Source: a virus (Duplodnaviria > Caudoviricetes). From it: a stretch of 53,531 nt of DNA. A program made the translations under genes and the position numbers. The notes beneath the pieces are model-generated. The model did not search any database and was not told the DNA's origin. It saw only the letters and a program-made list of their open reading frames with translations. Below are positions 1 to 9,151 of this stretch, piece by piece. The stretch's first letter is position 1, and each line of letters opens with the position of its first letter. Location: positions 1-53,531 of IMG/VR virus record IMGVR_UViG_3300020045_008912; one strand, given 5' to 3'.

Positions 1-121
1 GCACTTGACTAGGTTTATATTTTATTCCGCTGACTGCAAAAGAATTGCTTCCCATCCTCCAAACATCCGTAGGCCCTTCCACACAAATACCCGTTTCCTT
101 CCATTTATTCTGAGCACCATA
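1..121. repeat. Terminal direct repeat, left copy (circular assembly overlap)
   Basis: Bases 1-121 are identical to 53411-53531 and lie inside the primase CDS, so this is most likely an assembler overlap on a circular or permuted genome. Confidence 0.95.
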
Positions 122-706
122 TAAAATATCTTTATGTCCTATTAATTCTCTATCCGCTGGGCAGGCTTGGTATTTGTTCAGTGCTTTCCCCGTTATGTCT
201 CTGGAATCAAAAGAAACCATTTTGCCATCCCAAAAAAATGGAATAATAATCCTATGTTTATAATTCAGTTTGTCCAACATTGATACTACCGAAGTTCCTA
301 AAATATCATATTCAAAAACAATCTTTTTTGGGTCAAAATTTCGGCTTTCCAAATACTGAATGTGATTTTTTTGTAAGTCAGTAACATTACTAGGCAGTTT
401 AAATGCCTTAATTCTCATTTTCCGGGCTATTTCTGGCACTTTCCCAATTAATACACCGTATTGCCTCAGAATTGTTTTAGCCTCTTGTTTTCCTACGTGT
501 AAAAGCTTTGAAAGAGTTTCCTCAGGGAAGTGCCCGCCACACCTCCAACAAACAAAATTATTAGCTGTAGTATTAAATCCTAAATGATAACCAGCGTTTC
601 CACTACAGAAAGGGCATGACGTGTTAACCCACCCGGGCCTAGTGTGCTTATGCCCTTCCGTAACATAAGGTACATTGAAATCCCTATAAAGTTGCTCTAT
701 ATCCAT
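1..706 (-). CDS. DNA primase, N-terminal part (continues across the junction to 53220)
   Basis: Translated by hand from ATG at 706: MDIEQLYRDFNVPY...SCPFCSG...FVCWRCGG (zinc finger)...HRIIIPFFWDGKMVSFDSR. It joins in frame with the TOPRIM part. Total 897 nt, 298 aa. Absent from the ORF track. Confidence 0.9.
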   Translation of the reverse strand, partial: MDIEQLYRDFNVPYVTEGHKHTRPGWVNTSCPFCSGNAGYHLGFNTTANNFVCWRCGGHFPEETLSKLLHVGKQEAKTILRQYGVLIGKVPEIARKMRIKAFKLPSNVTDLQKNHIQYLESRNFDPKKIVFEYDILGTSVVSMLDKLNYKHRIIIPFFWDGKMVSFDSRDITGKALNKYQACPADRELIGHKDILYGAQNKWKETGICVEGPTDVWRMGSNSFAVSGIKYKPSQV

Positions 707-738
707 TATTCTAACCTTGTTTTAAGTGCTCGTAATTT

Positions 739-2445
739 CTAGTTTTTGTATTCGTTAATCAATTCACTGAATAAATCCACTTCCAAAGTTTCTTTCCCAT
801 CCAATAATCCATCCAACACTCTTTGTTTGCTGTCTAACATTGTAGCAATCTTTTCCTCAATTGTATTCAAAGCCATTAAGTAATAAACGCCTACTGCATT
901 CTTTTGTGTTATACGATGCACTCGGTCAATTCTTTGAGCTAATTTCCCAGGAGCCCAAGGATATTCTAAAACAGCAACATTGCTGGCAGCGGTAAGAGTA
1001 ATACCGACTTCCGCGGCAGCATTTCCTACAAACAATTTTATTTTTTTACTATTCTGAAAAGCAACCACCGCCTCATTTCTGTTTTTCATACTTACTGAAC
1101 CATCTATTTTCACAGCAATTTTCCCAAAATGATGCATTAACATATCAATTATAAAAATATGCTCACAGAATACCACTAATTTTTCTCCACTCTCTAAAAA
1201 GTCCTCAATCCATTCCATACATGCTGCAATTTTACCTTTAACCGCTAATTGTTTTAATATTTCAATTTGAGCTAAAGCAGTGGCTTTCTCAGCCTTTTCC
1301 TCTTTCAATGCCTGCAATTCATGACCTCCAAAATTAATAGCCTCAATTTCATATTTTTTCATAAATTGCTGTAATTCTGTTTTTAACTCAACCTCTACGG
1401 AATCCATCATATATTTTTTGAAATCCTTTTCCGCTCTGTTATATTCACTGCGGTTTGTAATTTCGAGAGGAACAAACGTATAAGTTTTATCTGGAAGCTC
1501 TGTTAAAACATCCTTTTTCTTTCTCCTAATCATTACATTTTCAGTGAGAATACGATAAAGTTCCTCAATATTACTAGCTCCATTAAAATCCCATCCAAAC
1601 CCATTGTGTTTAGCTCCGCAATATTTATGTTTAAATTTCCAAGCACTAGGAAATAATGCAGGATGTAGTAAATTAATTGTAGTGTATATTTCCAGAGGTC
1701 TATTCTCTATAGGAGTACCTGATAGGGCTAGGACGTGTGGAACGCCTTTGCAAAGCGTAGTGACTGCCTTTGAACGTTTGGTTGAAGGATTTTTAATATA
1801 ATGAGATTCATCCAATATTATTACCTGTGGTTTTAAAGTTTTCAAATACTTTACCCAAAAACTTAAGATATTGTAATTTATTATAATGATGTCATTATAG
1901 ACCCATCCGTCTACTTTAGTGCCTGAAAGAATATGAGTATTAGGATTATCCATCCATTTGTTTGCTTCATTCTGCCAATTAAATTTGAGAGTGGCTGGAC
2001 AAACTACAATAGCAGGTCTCAAAGTAGGATTTAATTGTAAATATCCCAATGCCTGCACTGTTTTACCTAGTCCCATCTCATCCGCAATCAGTATCCTCCC
2101 ATTCCACTCAACTGTTTTTATAATCCCTCCTTTTTGGTAAGGCTTTAAATCACATTTGAAATTTGGGATTATTAAATCGGTTATTGGTGTTTTAGAGAGC
2201 TTGTAGGCTTTATTCGCCCATGCTTTTAAATCAGGGTGCATAATATACCCAGATTCCTTTAGCCACACACAATTTTGGAGGGTTAATGGGATAGTCCAAT
2301 ACTTATGTTCTTTATGCCACGCCCGTCCTAAAACCTCTTTAATTTGTGAGAGGTGCAAACTGTCCCATGGGAAAATCAGTTTAATTACCTCTTTACCTAT
2401 TTTAGGGTGATGCAATGCGGCAGATTTATAAAGGACTGGAGTCAT
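739..2445 (-). CDS. SNF2/SWI2-family helicase (HARP/SMARCAL1-like)
   Basis: ADEMGLGKT Walker A, ILDESH DExH box, LSGTP motif III, QRIDRVHRITQ motif VI. Confidence 0.92.
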   Translation of the reverse strand: MTPVLYKSAALHHPKIGKEVIKLIFPWDSLHLSQIKEVLGRAWHKEHKYWTIPLTLQNCVWLKESGYIMHPDLKAWANKAYKLSKTPITDLIIPNFKCDLKPYQKGGIIKTVEWNGRILIADEMGLGKTVQALGYLQLNPTLRPAIVVCPATLKFNWQNEANKWMDNPNTHILSGTKVDGWVYNDIIIINYNILSFWVKYLKTLKPQVIILDESHYIKNPSTKRSKAVTTLCKGVPHVLALSGTPIENRPLEIYTTINLLHPALFPSAWKFKHKYCGAKHNGFGWDFNGASNIEELYRILTENVMIRRKKKDVLTELPDKTYTFVPLEITNRSEYNRAEKDFKKYMMDSVEVELKTELQQFMKKYEIEAINFGGHELQALKEEKAEKATALAQIEILKQLAVKGKIAACMEWIEDFLESGEKLVVFCEHIFIIDMLMHHFGKIAVKIDGSVSMKNRNEAVVAFQNSKKIKLFVGNAAAEVGITLTAASNVAVLEYPWAPGKLAQRIDRVHRITQKNAVGVYYLMALNTIEEKIATMLDSKQRVLDGLLDGKETLEVDLFSELINEYKN

Positions 2446-2669
2446 TTACTAAATTTATTAATAGGGTAAATTTTATGAACCAAAGCAATGTAATCCAAAA
2501 CAGTCAGCCAATCCGTAATTGTTACTAAACGTTTAAATTTCCAATGCCGTACTTTAATCATTTCCTTAGTTTTATACAAAATTATGAGGTTACTATGAGC
2601 CTCATATACTAAAATATGGGATTCTGTCAGCTCTATTTCCACAGCTATTTTATAATGTTGGATTGGCAA
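2442..2669 (-). CDS. Hypothetical protein
   Basis: ORF overlaps the helicase start by 4 nt within a tightly packed minus-strand operon. Confidence 0.6.
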   Translation of the reverse strand: MPIQHYKIAVEIELTESHILVYEAHSNLIILYKTKEMIKVRHWKFKRLVTITDWLTVLDYIALVHKIYPINKFSK

Positions 2670-2932
2670 ATAACACGTATTCCATACTTTTTATTAGGTA
2701 TTTGTATCCTTGATAATACAATTCCTGTATAAATACATTCAGGTAGGATCGTCCTTATTGACACACCCCAACTAATTTCCTTAACCTCAATAAAACCCAA
2801 ATGATCCTGAATAACATCACCAACTTTTACTGTATTGTGTGAAAGAGCGTAATCCTTATCTAATTCTATTCTATCACAATCATACTGGTGTTTTAAAAGC
2901 CTACATTCCCTTTTATACATTTCCGTTTCCAT
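2645..2932 (-). CDS. Hypothetical protein
   Basis: 95-aa ORF in the packed early operon. Confidence 0.65.
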   Translation of the reverse strand: METEMYKRECRLLKHQYDCDRIELDKDYALSHNTVKVGDVIQDHLGFIEVKEISWGVSIRTILPECIYTGIVLSRIQIPNKKYGIRVICQSNIIK

Positions 2933-3059
2933 TTTCCTCTGAATTTTCGTTTTTTAAATTAACTCTTTGCAGTCTCTTTGCAGCGTATTTGCTCACACCA
3001 ACGGTTTTTAGTACTTCACCTGCTTTTTTGCGGCGGTTTTCAATAATTTTCCTTTTCAT
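2913..3059 (-). CDS. Small basic hypothetical protein (48 aa)
   Basis: Hand translation MKRKIIENRRKKAGEVLKTVGVSKYAAKRLQRVNLKNENSEENGNGNV; fills the gap between neighbours. Below the ORF-track cutoff. Confidence 0.55.
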   Translation of the reverse strand: MKRKIIENRRKKAGEVLKTVGVSKYAAKRLQRVNLKNENSEENGNGNV

Positions 3060-3065
3060 TTTGTT

Positions 3066-3302
3066 TTAAAGTCTAGATAATTTTAATAAAAATAACATTT
3101 CCTCAGTTGTTAACTCAATTTCAAACGCTTTATTAGGAATAGTTTTCCCAATCGCTTTATATACTAAGGCTTTTTGCGCAGCCTCTAAATAAACCATAAA
3201 ATGTTTTTGTATTTTAATGGATTTTCCTGATGGGCTAGTAATCAATACAAATGATTCTCCCGAAGTATTTTTCCAATTTGAACTATCACTAAAGCACCGC
3301 AT
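3066..3302 (-). CDS. Hypothetical protein
   Basis: 78-aa ORF in the packed early operon. Confidence 0.6.
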   Translation of the reverse strand: MRCFSDSSNWKNTSGESFVLITSPSGKSIKIQKHFMVYLEAAQKALVYKAIGKTIPNKAFEIELTTEEMLFLLKLSRL

Positions 3303-3312
3303 ACCTAAAAAT

Positions 3313-3576
3313 TTAATAGTATAATGATTCCCTTAGATTCGCAATAGTTACATTAATCTCAGTAACCTCCTCCCACGTCAAATAAATATCAAAATCGCCT
3401 TTATAAAAATCCCGGCAAATCTCTCCTATTTTCCAAGTGCTTTGTCCTTGGAACGTTACTCTACCACAAAACACGTCTTTGGCATTATTCACATTTATGA
3501 CTTTTACCTTTAGTCCCAATTGCTTATGTATTGCGTTCATAGCTTTATAATTTAATTTGTGAGGGTTTACAATCAA
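3313..3576 (-). CDS. Hypothetical protein (start may be the internal Met near 3540)
   Basis: ORF in the packed early operon. Confidence 0.6.
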   Translation of the reverse strand: MIVNPHKLNYKAMNAIHKQLGLKVKVINVNNAKDVFCGRVTFQGQSTWKIGEICRDFYKGDFDIYLTWEEVTEINVTIANLRESLYY

Positions 3577-3790
3577 AATGCACTGTTACTCCGCCGCAAT
3601 AGCCACGTACCTCTCCTACCTTTATAATATGAGTAGAAAGGTTTTGTATTTTTGCAAATACGGCACTATCTCCCGTCCTAAAACTAAATTTCATACGGTA
3701 CTTTTCTTTTTTAGGGCTTGTGGCGTCGGTAAAACATAAGTGAGTTTCTCCAATAATGTTTTCTATTGCCTGTCTAATTTGAGTTTTCAT
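3545..3790 (-). CDS. Hypothetical protein
   Basis: 81-aa ORF with an A/T-rich start context. Confidence 0.65.
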   Translation of the reverse strand: MKTQIRQAIENIIGETHLCFTDATSPKKEKYRMKFSFRTGDSAVFAKIQNLSTHIIKVGEVRGYCGGVTVHFDCKPSQIKL

Positions 3791-3800
3791 AATTTCAAGT

Positions 3801-4064
3801 TTAAAAGTCCAATAAGCTGCTTAATTTAAAAATCTTTTCAATGCGAAGGGCTAAAGCAAGGTACCTTTTAAAGCCCATTGTTTTCACACCTGTTCTATTG
3901 CAGTACACCTCTTTAGTGTAGGTATTTAAGGAAAAGTTTTCCTTCATGGTTATGTTTTTATTATCTGTTGTAATTACACGCTCGAATAATAACCAGTTCC
4001 CAAACCCTTTTTTCAAATAATAGGTGGTATTTCCTTTTTTGGTTGTTAGTAGAATGTTATTCAT
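3801..4064 (-). CDS. Hypothetical protein, first gene of the leftward early operon
   Basis: 87-aa ORF directly downstream of the TACTTTTG promoter box at 4107-4114. Confidence 0.65.
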   Translation of the reverse strand: MNNILLTTKKGNTTYYLKKGFGNWLLFERVITTDNKNITMKENFSLNTYTKEVYCNRTGVKTMGFKRYLALALRIEKIFKLSSLLDF

Positions 4065-4105
4065 TTTAGTCGGATTTAGTCGGTTGCTTTATTGCTTCCG
4101 ACACT

Positions 4106-4187
4106 TCAAAAGTAGTAACCTTTTTTGATTTAAAAAACTTTTTTACAATTATTTTTAAATTATTTTTTACAATCCTTGTAAAAGCCT
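4106..4187. repeat. Imperfect ~80-bp promoter-block repeat, copy 1 (copy 2 at 11305-11387)
   Basis: Both copies read approximately tcaaa..ta....aacctttttgat.taaaaaactttttttacaa.t.tttttaaattatttttta...aaaagcct. Confidence 0.8.
4107..4114 (-). promoter_or_regulatory. Bacteroidota-type -7 promoter element (TACTTTTG)
   Basis: Matches TAnnTTTG about 43 nt upstream of the 4064 start codon, in the divergent intergenic region. Confidence 0.65.
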
Positions 4188-4257
4188 TTATTTATCCGCA
4201 CTCACCTATTAATTATTTTTTATTAATTTTACAAAATAATTTTAATACGCACTACAA

Positions 4258-4479
4258 ATGGGCTGGAGAACTTACACAAAATTAAATGATAGTATGCGAA
4301 TTACTTCCATAAACATCATTCCCACGAATGATACTGACTCCCATATCCATAATTCAAAATGTGCCTGCCATCCCAAAATTGATTACGAAAACAATATAAA
4401 AATTATCCTACATAATTCTTTTGATGGAAGAGAAAAAATAGAAAGCCTAATTTATGAAGCATTTAACAACCTAAACTAA
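4258..4479 (+). CDS. Small His/Cys-containing hypothetical protein
   Basis: Pattern P..D...H....CACHP...HNSFDGRE suggests metal binding; true start may be the second Met. Confidence 0.6.
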   Translation: MGWRTYTKLNDSMRITSINIIPTNDTDSHIHNSKCACHPKIDYENNIKIILHNSFDGREKIESLIYEAFNNLN

Positions 4480-4491
4480 AAACCTAAAATA

Positions 4492-4881
4492 ATGATAGAA
4501 AGCCTAGAAAACAGAACGGAAAAGGAAATTAAGGAAATTTATGATTTAGTGGAAATGGAAATAGAAAAACTGCTGGACGGAATTGCTGCTAAAACAGGTT
4601 ATTTTGCCACAGGAACTTTTATCCTCTACTCAGAGCCCAGAAAGCAATGTATGGACGTGGATATGGAAATACAATTATTACAAACGCCACACGCTCTCGA
4701 CAAAAAGAAAGTAGAATACTACATGAAAGTAAACCCAGACAATGTCCTAAATAAGCCTATACTGGCTCACAAACATAATTCTTGGTATATGATATATGAT
4801 GGAGCACACAGGACGGAGGCAAATAGATTGTTAGGACATCCTACAATTAAGGCTAATATAATAATCCCAGGAAATAAATAA
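4492..4881 (+). CDS. ParB/Sulfiredoxin-like domain protein
   Basis: KPIL...YMIYDGAHRTEANRLLG matches the ParB-N DGxHR motif. Confidence 0.75.
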   Translation: MIESLENRTEKEIKEIYDLVEMEIEKLLDGIAAKTGYFATGTFILYSEPRKQCMDVDMEIQLLQTPHALDKKKVEYYMKVNPDNVLNKPILAHKHNSWYMIYDGAHRTEANRLLGHPTIKANIIIPGNK

Positions 4882-4891
4882 ATAAAAAGCA

Positions 4892-5041
4892 ATGAAACGA
4901 TACACTACCAAAGAAATATTAAAGGCTGCGGAAATAGGAGAGGTATCAATGATTGACGCAAAGCATATAGTAGGCCTACTTAAAGAGGCTAAGGCAATTC
5001 TAAAAAAGGATAAATTAAGTAAACCAATAGTAACACAATAG
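4892..5041 (+). CDS. Small hypothetical protein (49 aa)
   Basis: Hand translation MKRYTTKEILKAAEIGEVSMIDAKHIVGLLKEAKAILKKDKLSKPIVTQ; fills the gap before TerS. Confidence 0.6.
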   Translation: MKRYTTKEILKAAEIGEVSMIDAKHIVGLLKEAKAILKKDKLSKPIVTQ

Positions 5042-5045
5042 AGAA

Positions 5046-5693
5046 ATGATACGGACTAAGTTCAAACGGGAAAAACCCGAAAAGTTGGAGAGGAAATACA
5101 GTAAGAAGGAAATAGAAAAACTATTGACACCTAAACAGAGGATATTCTGCCATGAGTATATTAGGGAGTGGAATTGTACAAAGGCCGCATTGGTGGCGGG
5201 ATATAGCAAAGACACTGCCGGAAACATTGGCTCGGAGAACTTAAAAAAACCGTACCTGCGGCAATATATTGAATATATTAAGGAAAATATAGAACAGGAA
5301 GTGGGAATTTCAAAGATAGGCTTATTGAAAGAATTGAAAAACATTGCCTACGGAAACGTGGGAGACCTTTATGGGAAAGATTGGATTACGAGAGAGGAAC
5401 TAAACAAACTCAGAAAAGAGCGCCCACACTTAATTAAGGCAATTCAAGAGGTTTCCACAAAAGTCCAGCGGATTGTTCTAAATAAAGAATTAGTGGATGT
5501 TGAGTATGTTAAAATAAAGCTCTATGATAAACAGAAAGCAATAGGAGAAATATTTAAGGCTATGGGATGGTACTCTCCAGACAAGGTAGAAATAGAGGCA
5601 GCATTCACTTCCACTGTGGACGTTTCAACATATACGGAAGAGGAAAAAAAGGTTCTTTTAAAATTAGCCCGCAAAAATGAATATAGAGACTAA
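5046..5693 (+). CDS. terS: Terminase small subunit
   Basis: LTPKQRIFCHEY...NCTKAALVAGYS...A..IGSENLKKP N-terminal HTH and KIKLYDKQKA; lies directly upstream of TerL. Confidence 0.93.
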   Translation: MIRTKFKREKPEKLERKYSKKEIEKLLTPKQRIFCHEYIREWNCTKAALVAGYSKDTAGNIGSENLKKPYLRQYIEYIKENIEQEVGISKIGLLKELKNIAYGNVGDLYGKDWITREELNKLRKERPHLIKAIQEVSTKVQRIVLNKELVDVEYVKIKLYDKQKAIGEIFKAMGWYSPDKVEIEAAFTSTVDVSTYTEEEKKVLLKLARKNEYRD

Positions 5694-7173
5694 AAAGTTA
5701 AAGGATGCTTTAATAGCGATTGAACGGGATGCCTGTTTAAATTCTTTTTACGAGTTTTTCCTAAGTTTTTGGGATGTTGTAGTGCAGGAGGAATTTAAAG
5801 ACAACTGGCATATAAAATACATTTGTGATGAATTACAAATCCTAATGCCTTACATGAAATATAGGAGAAAAAAGCCGTATGATTTAATATTTAATGTACC
5901 GCCGGGCTCAACAAAGACTACAATAGTTCTACAAATGTTTCCTGCATGGATTTGGGCAGTGGAAGCCTCAATAAGGGTAATTAGTAGCTCACATTCTGCC
6001 AGTCTCTCTATTGATTCGGCAAGTAAAACACGGGATATTATTCTTTCTCCAAGATATAGAGTACTATTTCCAGAGGTGATACTGAGAGGCGATAAAAGTG
6101 CCAAAACAAGTTACGAGAATACAAAAGGAGGAACTAGGGATGTAACTTCCACAGGTAGCTCAATTACAGGACGACACGCCCACATAAAATTAATGGATGA
6201 TTTGCAGGACATACAGAAAGCCGCCTCCGAACCTGACAGGGAACAGGCAATTTCTCATATGAAAACATTGTTTACCAGAGAGGTAGAAAAAGGCAATAGT
6301 ATCAATGTCCTAATTATGCAAAGATTACATGAAATGGATTGCACGGCATATTTAAAAGGTCTCAGTGCAAAGCGTAAAGTGAAACATATTTGTTTGCCCG
6401 CCGAAGTATCTGCCTTAGTTAACCCTCCTGAGCTTAAGGACCGATATATTAATGGGTTGCTGGACCCATTACGTATGAGCAAAGAGATATTGGATGAAAA
6501 GCGGGTGGAATTAGGTTCTTATGGGTATGCTTCACAGTTTCAACAGGAACCCACTCCTCCAGAAGGTGGTATTATAAAGCGCAATTGGTTTAGAACACTA
6601 CCCAGAGAATTATGTATGGCCCGCAATAGTGTATTTAATTTCTTTATTGATACTGCCTACGAGGAAAAGAAACATGTTAAAAAGAATGGCGAAGCAACAA
6701 ACGACCCAACAGGGTTAATGGCTACCGTAGAATATCAAGGCATTTGTTATATCTGGGATTATAGAGAGGTTTATCTAGGAATCACTGATTTAACAAAGTT
6801 CATACCTGAGTGGGCAAAAGTTAACAATTACAGCCACATGTCCTCTCTATTGATAGAGCCAAAAGCCAGCGGAAAATCTACAGTGCAAACGCTAAAACAA
6901 TTTACCACATTGAATGTACGAGAAATAGAGGGTAAAAAAGATAGTAAGGAAACAGAACTCACAAACGCGGCGCCAGCAATCGAAAGCGGCAGATTCACAC
7001 TGATACAAGGAGAATGGAATAGGTTGTTTCTGGATAGAGTATGTGGATTTCCTAATGCAGAACATGACGAGGCAGTGGATTTATTATGTTATGCCAAGAA
7101 ACACTACTTTGGGGCAGGTAATCCTAAAGCAGCGGAAGAGGCATACAAAAAAGCTCTGGAATACTTTAATTAA
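5677..7173 (+). CDS. terL: Terminase large subunit
   Basis: NVPPGSTKT Walker A, ITGRHAHIKLMDD Walker B, MQRLHE, QFQQEP, and nuclease motifs FIDTA and FPNAEHDEAVD. Confidence 0.95.
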   Translation: MNIETKKLKDALIAIERDACLNSFYEFFLSFWDVVVQEEFKDNWHIKYICDELQILMPYMKYRRKKPYDLIFNVPPGSTKTTIVLQMFPAWIWAVEASIRVISSSHSASLSIDSASKTRDIILSPRYRVLFPEVILRGDKSAKTSYENTKGGTRDVTSTGSSITGRHAHIKLMDDLQDIQKAASEPDREQAISHMKTLFTREVEKGNSINVLIMQRLHEMDCTAYLKGLSAKRKVKHICLPAEVSALVNPPELKDRYINGLLDPLRMSKEILDEKRVELGSYGYASQFQQEPTPPEGGIIKRNWFRTLPRELCMARNSVFNFFIDTAYEEKKHVKKNGEATNDPTGLMATVEYQGICYIWDYREVYLGITDLTKFIPEWAKVNNYSHMSSLLIEPKASGKSTVQTLKQFTTLNVREIEGKKDSKETELTNAAPAIESGRFTLIQGEWNRLFLDRVCGFPNAEHDEAVDLLCYAKKHYFGAGNPKAAEEAYKKALEYFN

Positions 7174-7225
7174 AATAAAGCTGTATATTTACATTTTTAA
7201 ACGTTTAATTAAAAAGCAATTACAA

Positions 7226-7735
7226 ATGGAAACAAAATTTGAACCAAAAGAAAAGGCCTTATTAGGAGACAAAGAGGTGGTGATCTTAGTAGCCGCCAAG
7301 GATTTCAGTACTAGGAAAATACGTTACAGACTGGAGTCTGGAGAATTAGTACAGGAAGAGGAACTTACAAAAATAGGTAGTAAGAAAGTCCATAAATTAA
7401 TCCCACCAAAACCTGATAATGTACTCAGTGAGTTAACCCAAAAGTATTTTGAAGTGGTGGGAAAGACTGTTCCAGGTAACAAAAAGAATGATTTGGAGTG
7501 GATAATTGCAAAAATAGAAGCCACTCAATTAGAGAAAGCCGATGGCGGTAATAAAGATAAAACCGACGAGGACCCCTCAGCGGCTTGGGACATTATTGCG
7601 GCTTTAGAGCTAGACCAATTACAGCTTTTTGTAAAAGAAAAAGGATTGGATATTGACATTGCAGATTATGCCGATTTGCAGGACCTACAACAAGCAGTGG
7701 CAGAGGAAATGGGAATTGAAATCCCACAGGAATAA
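7226..7735 (+). CDS. Hypothetical protein with small helical (HeH/LEM/Rho-N-like) domains; C-terminal domain shared with the SSB
   Basis: Start reassigned to ATG 7226 (METKFEPK) after a TATATTTAC box. The C-terminal W...LDID...AEEMGIEIP aligns with a segment of 36532..37761. Confidence 0.7.
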   Translation: METKFEPKEKALLGDKEVVILVAAKDFSTRKIRYRLESGELVQEEELTKIGSKKVHKLIPPKPDNVLSELTQKYFEVVGKTVPGNKKNDLEWIIAKIEATQLEKADGGNKDKTDEDPSAAWDIIAALELDQLQLFVKEKGLDIDIADYADLQDLQQAVAEEMGIEIPQE

Positions 7736-7758
7736 TAATTTTAAACATAGATTGAGCA

Positions 7759-9144
7759 ATGACTACGGAACAACTAGCCGAATTAATGGCAAAAGCACCT
7801 GCGGAAATAGTAACAGAGTTACAAAAGTCCAGTTATACAGTCCCAAAGTGGAGTGATTTGGAAAAGCAGTATGATCCAATGAAACATAAGATTCAGGATC
7901 CTACAATCTATCCAGCCAAGCCTACTAAAGAGGGAGTGGATGATTTTAAAAGAACGTCCCTGGGTTTGCAAAAACTAGCGGTGGCTCGGATTGCTCAATC
8001 TATGTTTTCCACTCCTGTGAGTAGGTCCTACAATTATGACCGAGACAGTGAGAAAGAAAAACAGGCGGTTGACATATTAGAACAAATATACAGGACCGAT
8101 AATTACATGGATTCGGAAAACATAGAGCGTGCAAAAAAACTAAATGCCTCTTGCCAAATAGCAACTGTATGGCATGTGTATGAAAAGCCCTATGTTATTA
8201 AGGACGTTGTAAGTAAATACAGATTAACACACACCACCTACTGTGAAAAGGATGGTTATAAAATATACGCTCAAAACGATTCACAAGGAAACCTATTAGT
8301 ACTTTCAATAGGATACACAGATTCCGCAAATAAAGACCATTTAGCCGTTTATTTGAACACTGAAAAGCCAGAGTTTATAATGTATGACAAACTAGAGGAC
8401 TGGACAGTGAATACCGAAGTAAGTAAACCACTAGAGGTATTTCCTGCCGTGTATAGCAATATTGAGGAACCTGTTTGGGGAGGGGATGCTGGGACAAACT
8501 TAGTGGAACAACTTGAGGAAATGGAAAGTTACCAAGGGTTATACATTAAACGTAATGCGCTGCCCACTTTCACACAGGATATGGGAGACACTTCTGGAAT
8601 GCAACAAAGTACAACGGAAGAAAGTTCTTCCGACGCTCGCCGAATTATTAAAGTAGGTAAAGGAGGCAGTATGCAGGATGTAACATGGGAAGGTGCCGAC
8701 AAGGCAATCACTTCGAGGTACCAACGTATCCGAAACGCATTCTTTGAACAAATACAAGTGCCTGACACATCCTTTGCCAATATGATTTCATCAAATACTT
8801 CCGCGGAAAACAAAGAATTAATCTTTGCAGATGCTAAAGCCAAAGCCCGAGATTTAGGAGGTGAATGGGAAAAATTGTTTTATGATGAAATGTTAATAGT
8901 AAAAGGATTTGCCACTGTATTGTTTCCATCCTTTACAAAAGAATTTGCCGCAATCAGTGTCCGAAGCACCATCCAACCCTACTCTATTAAAACCAAAAAA
9001 GAAAGTGCGGAATTTGTATCCACTGGAGGGTCTGCAATGTCATTAGATACAAAGGTAAGAGAATTAGGAGTGGTGGACGATGTTTCCGCGGAGGTTTTAT
9101 TGATTCAAGAGGAAGCCGGCGCGGCTGCAAATCAAATGCAATAA
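7759..9144 (+). CDS. Portal protein (SPP1-like)
   Basis: 461 aa between TerL and MuF, with typical portal size, position and acidic C-terminal helix. Confidence 0.85.
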   Translation: MTTEQLAELMAKAPAEIVTELQKSSYTVPKWSDLEKQYDPMKHKIQDPTIYPAKPTKEGVDDFKRTSLGLQKLAVARIAQSMFSTPVSRSYNYDRDSEKEKQAVDILEQIYRTDNYMDSENIERAKKLNASCQIATVWHVYEKPYVIKDVVSKYRLTHTTYCEKDGYKIYAQNDSQGNLLVLSIGYTDSANKDHLAVYLNTEKPEFIMYDKLEDWTVNTEVSKPLEVFPAVYSNIEEPVWGGDAGTNLVEQLEEMESYQGLYIKRNALPTFTQDMGDTSGMQQSTTEESSSDARRIIKVGKGGSMQDVTWEGADKAITSRYQRIRNAFFEQIQVPDTSFANMISSNTSAENKELIFADAKAKARDLGGEWEKLFYDEMLIVKGFATVLFPSFTKEFAAISVRSTIQPYSIKTKKESAEFVSTGGSAMSLDTKVRELGVVDDVSAEVLLIQEEAGAAANQMQ

Positions 9145-9151
9145 ATAAGAA

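Noticed and set aside
2442-4064. Lysogeny module (integrase or CI-like repressor) near the divergent promoter
   Set aside because: None of the small ORFs shows recombinase or HTH-peptidase motifs that I can recognise.
7043-7225. N-terminal extension of the 7043..7735 ORF
   Set aside because: It overlaps terL and an A/T-rich promoter-like gap; ATG 7226 has the typical start context.
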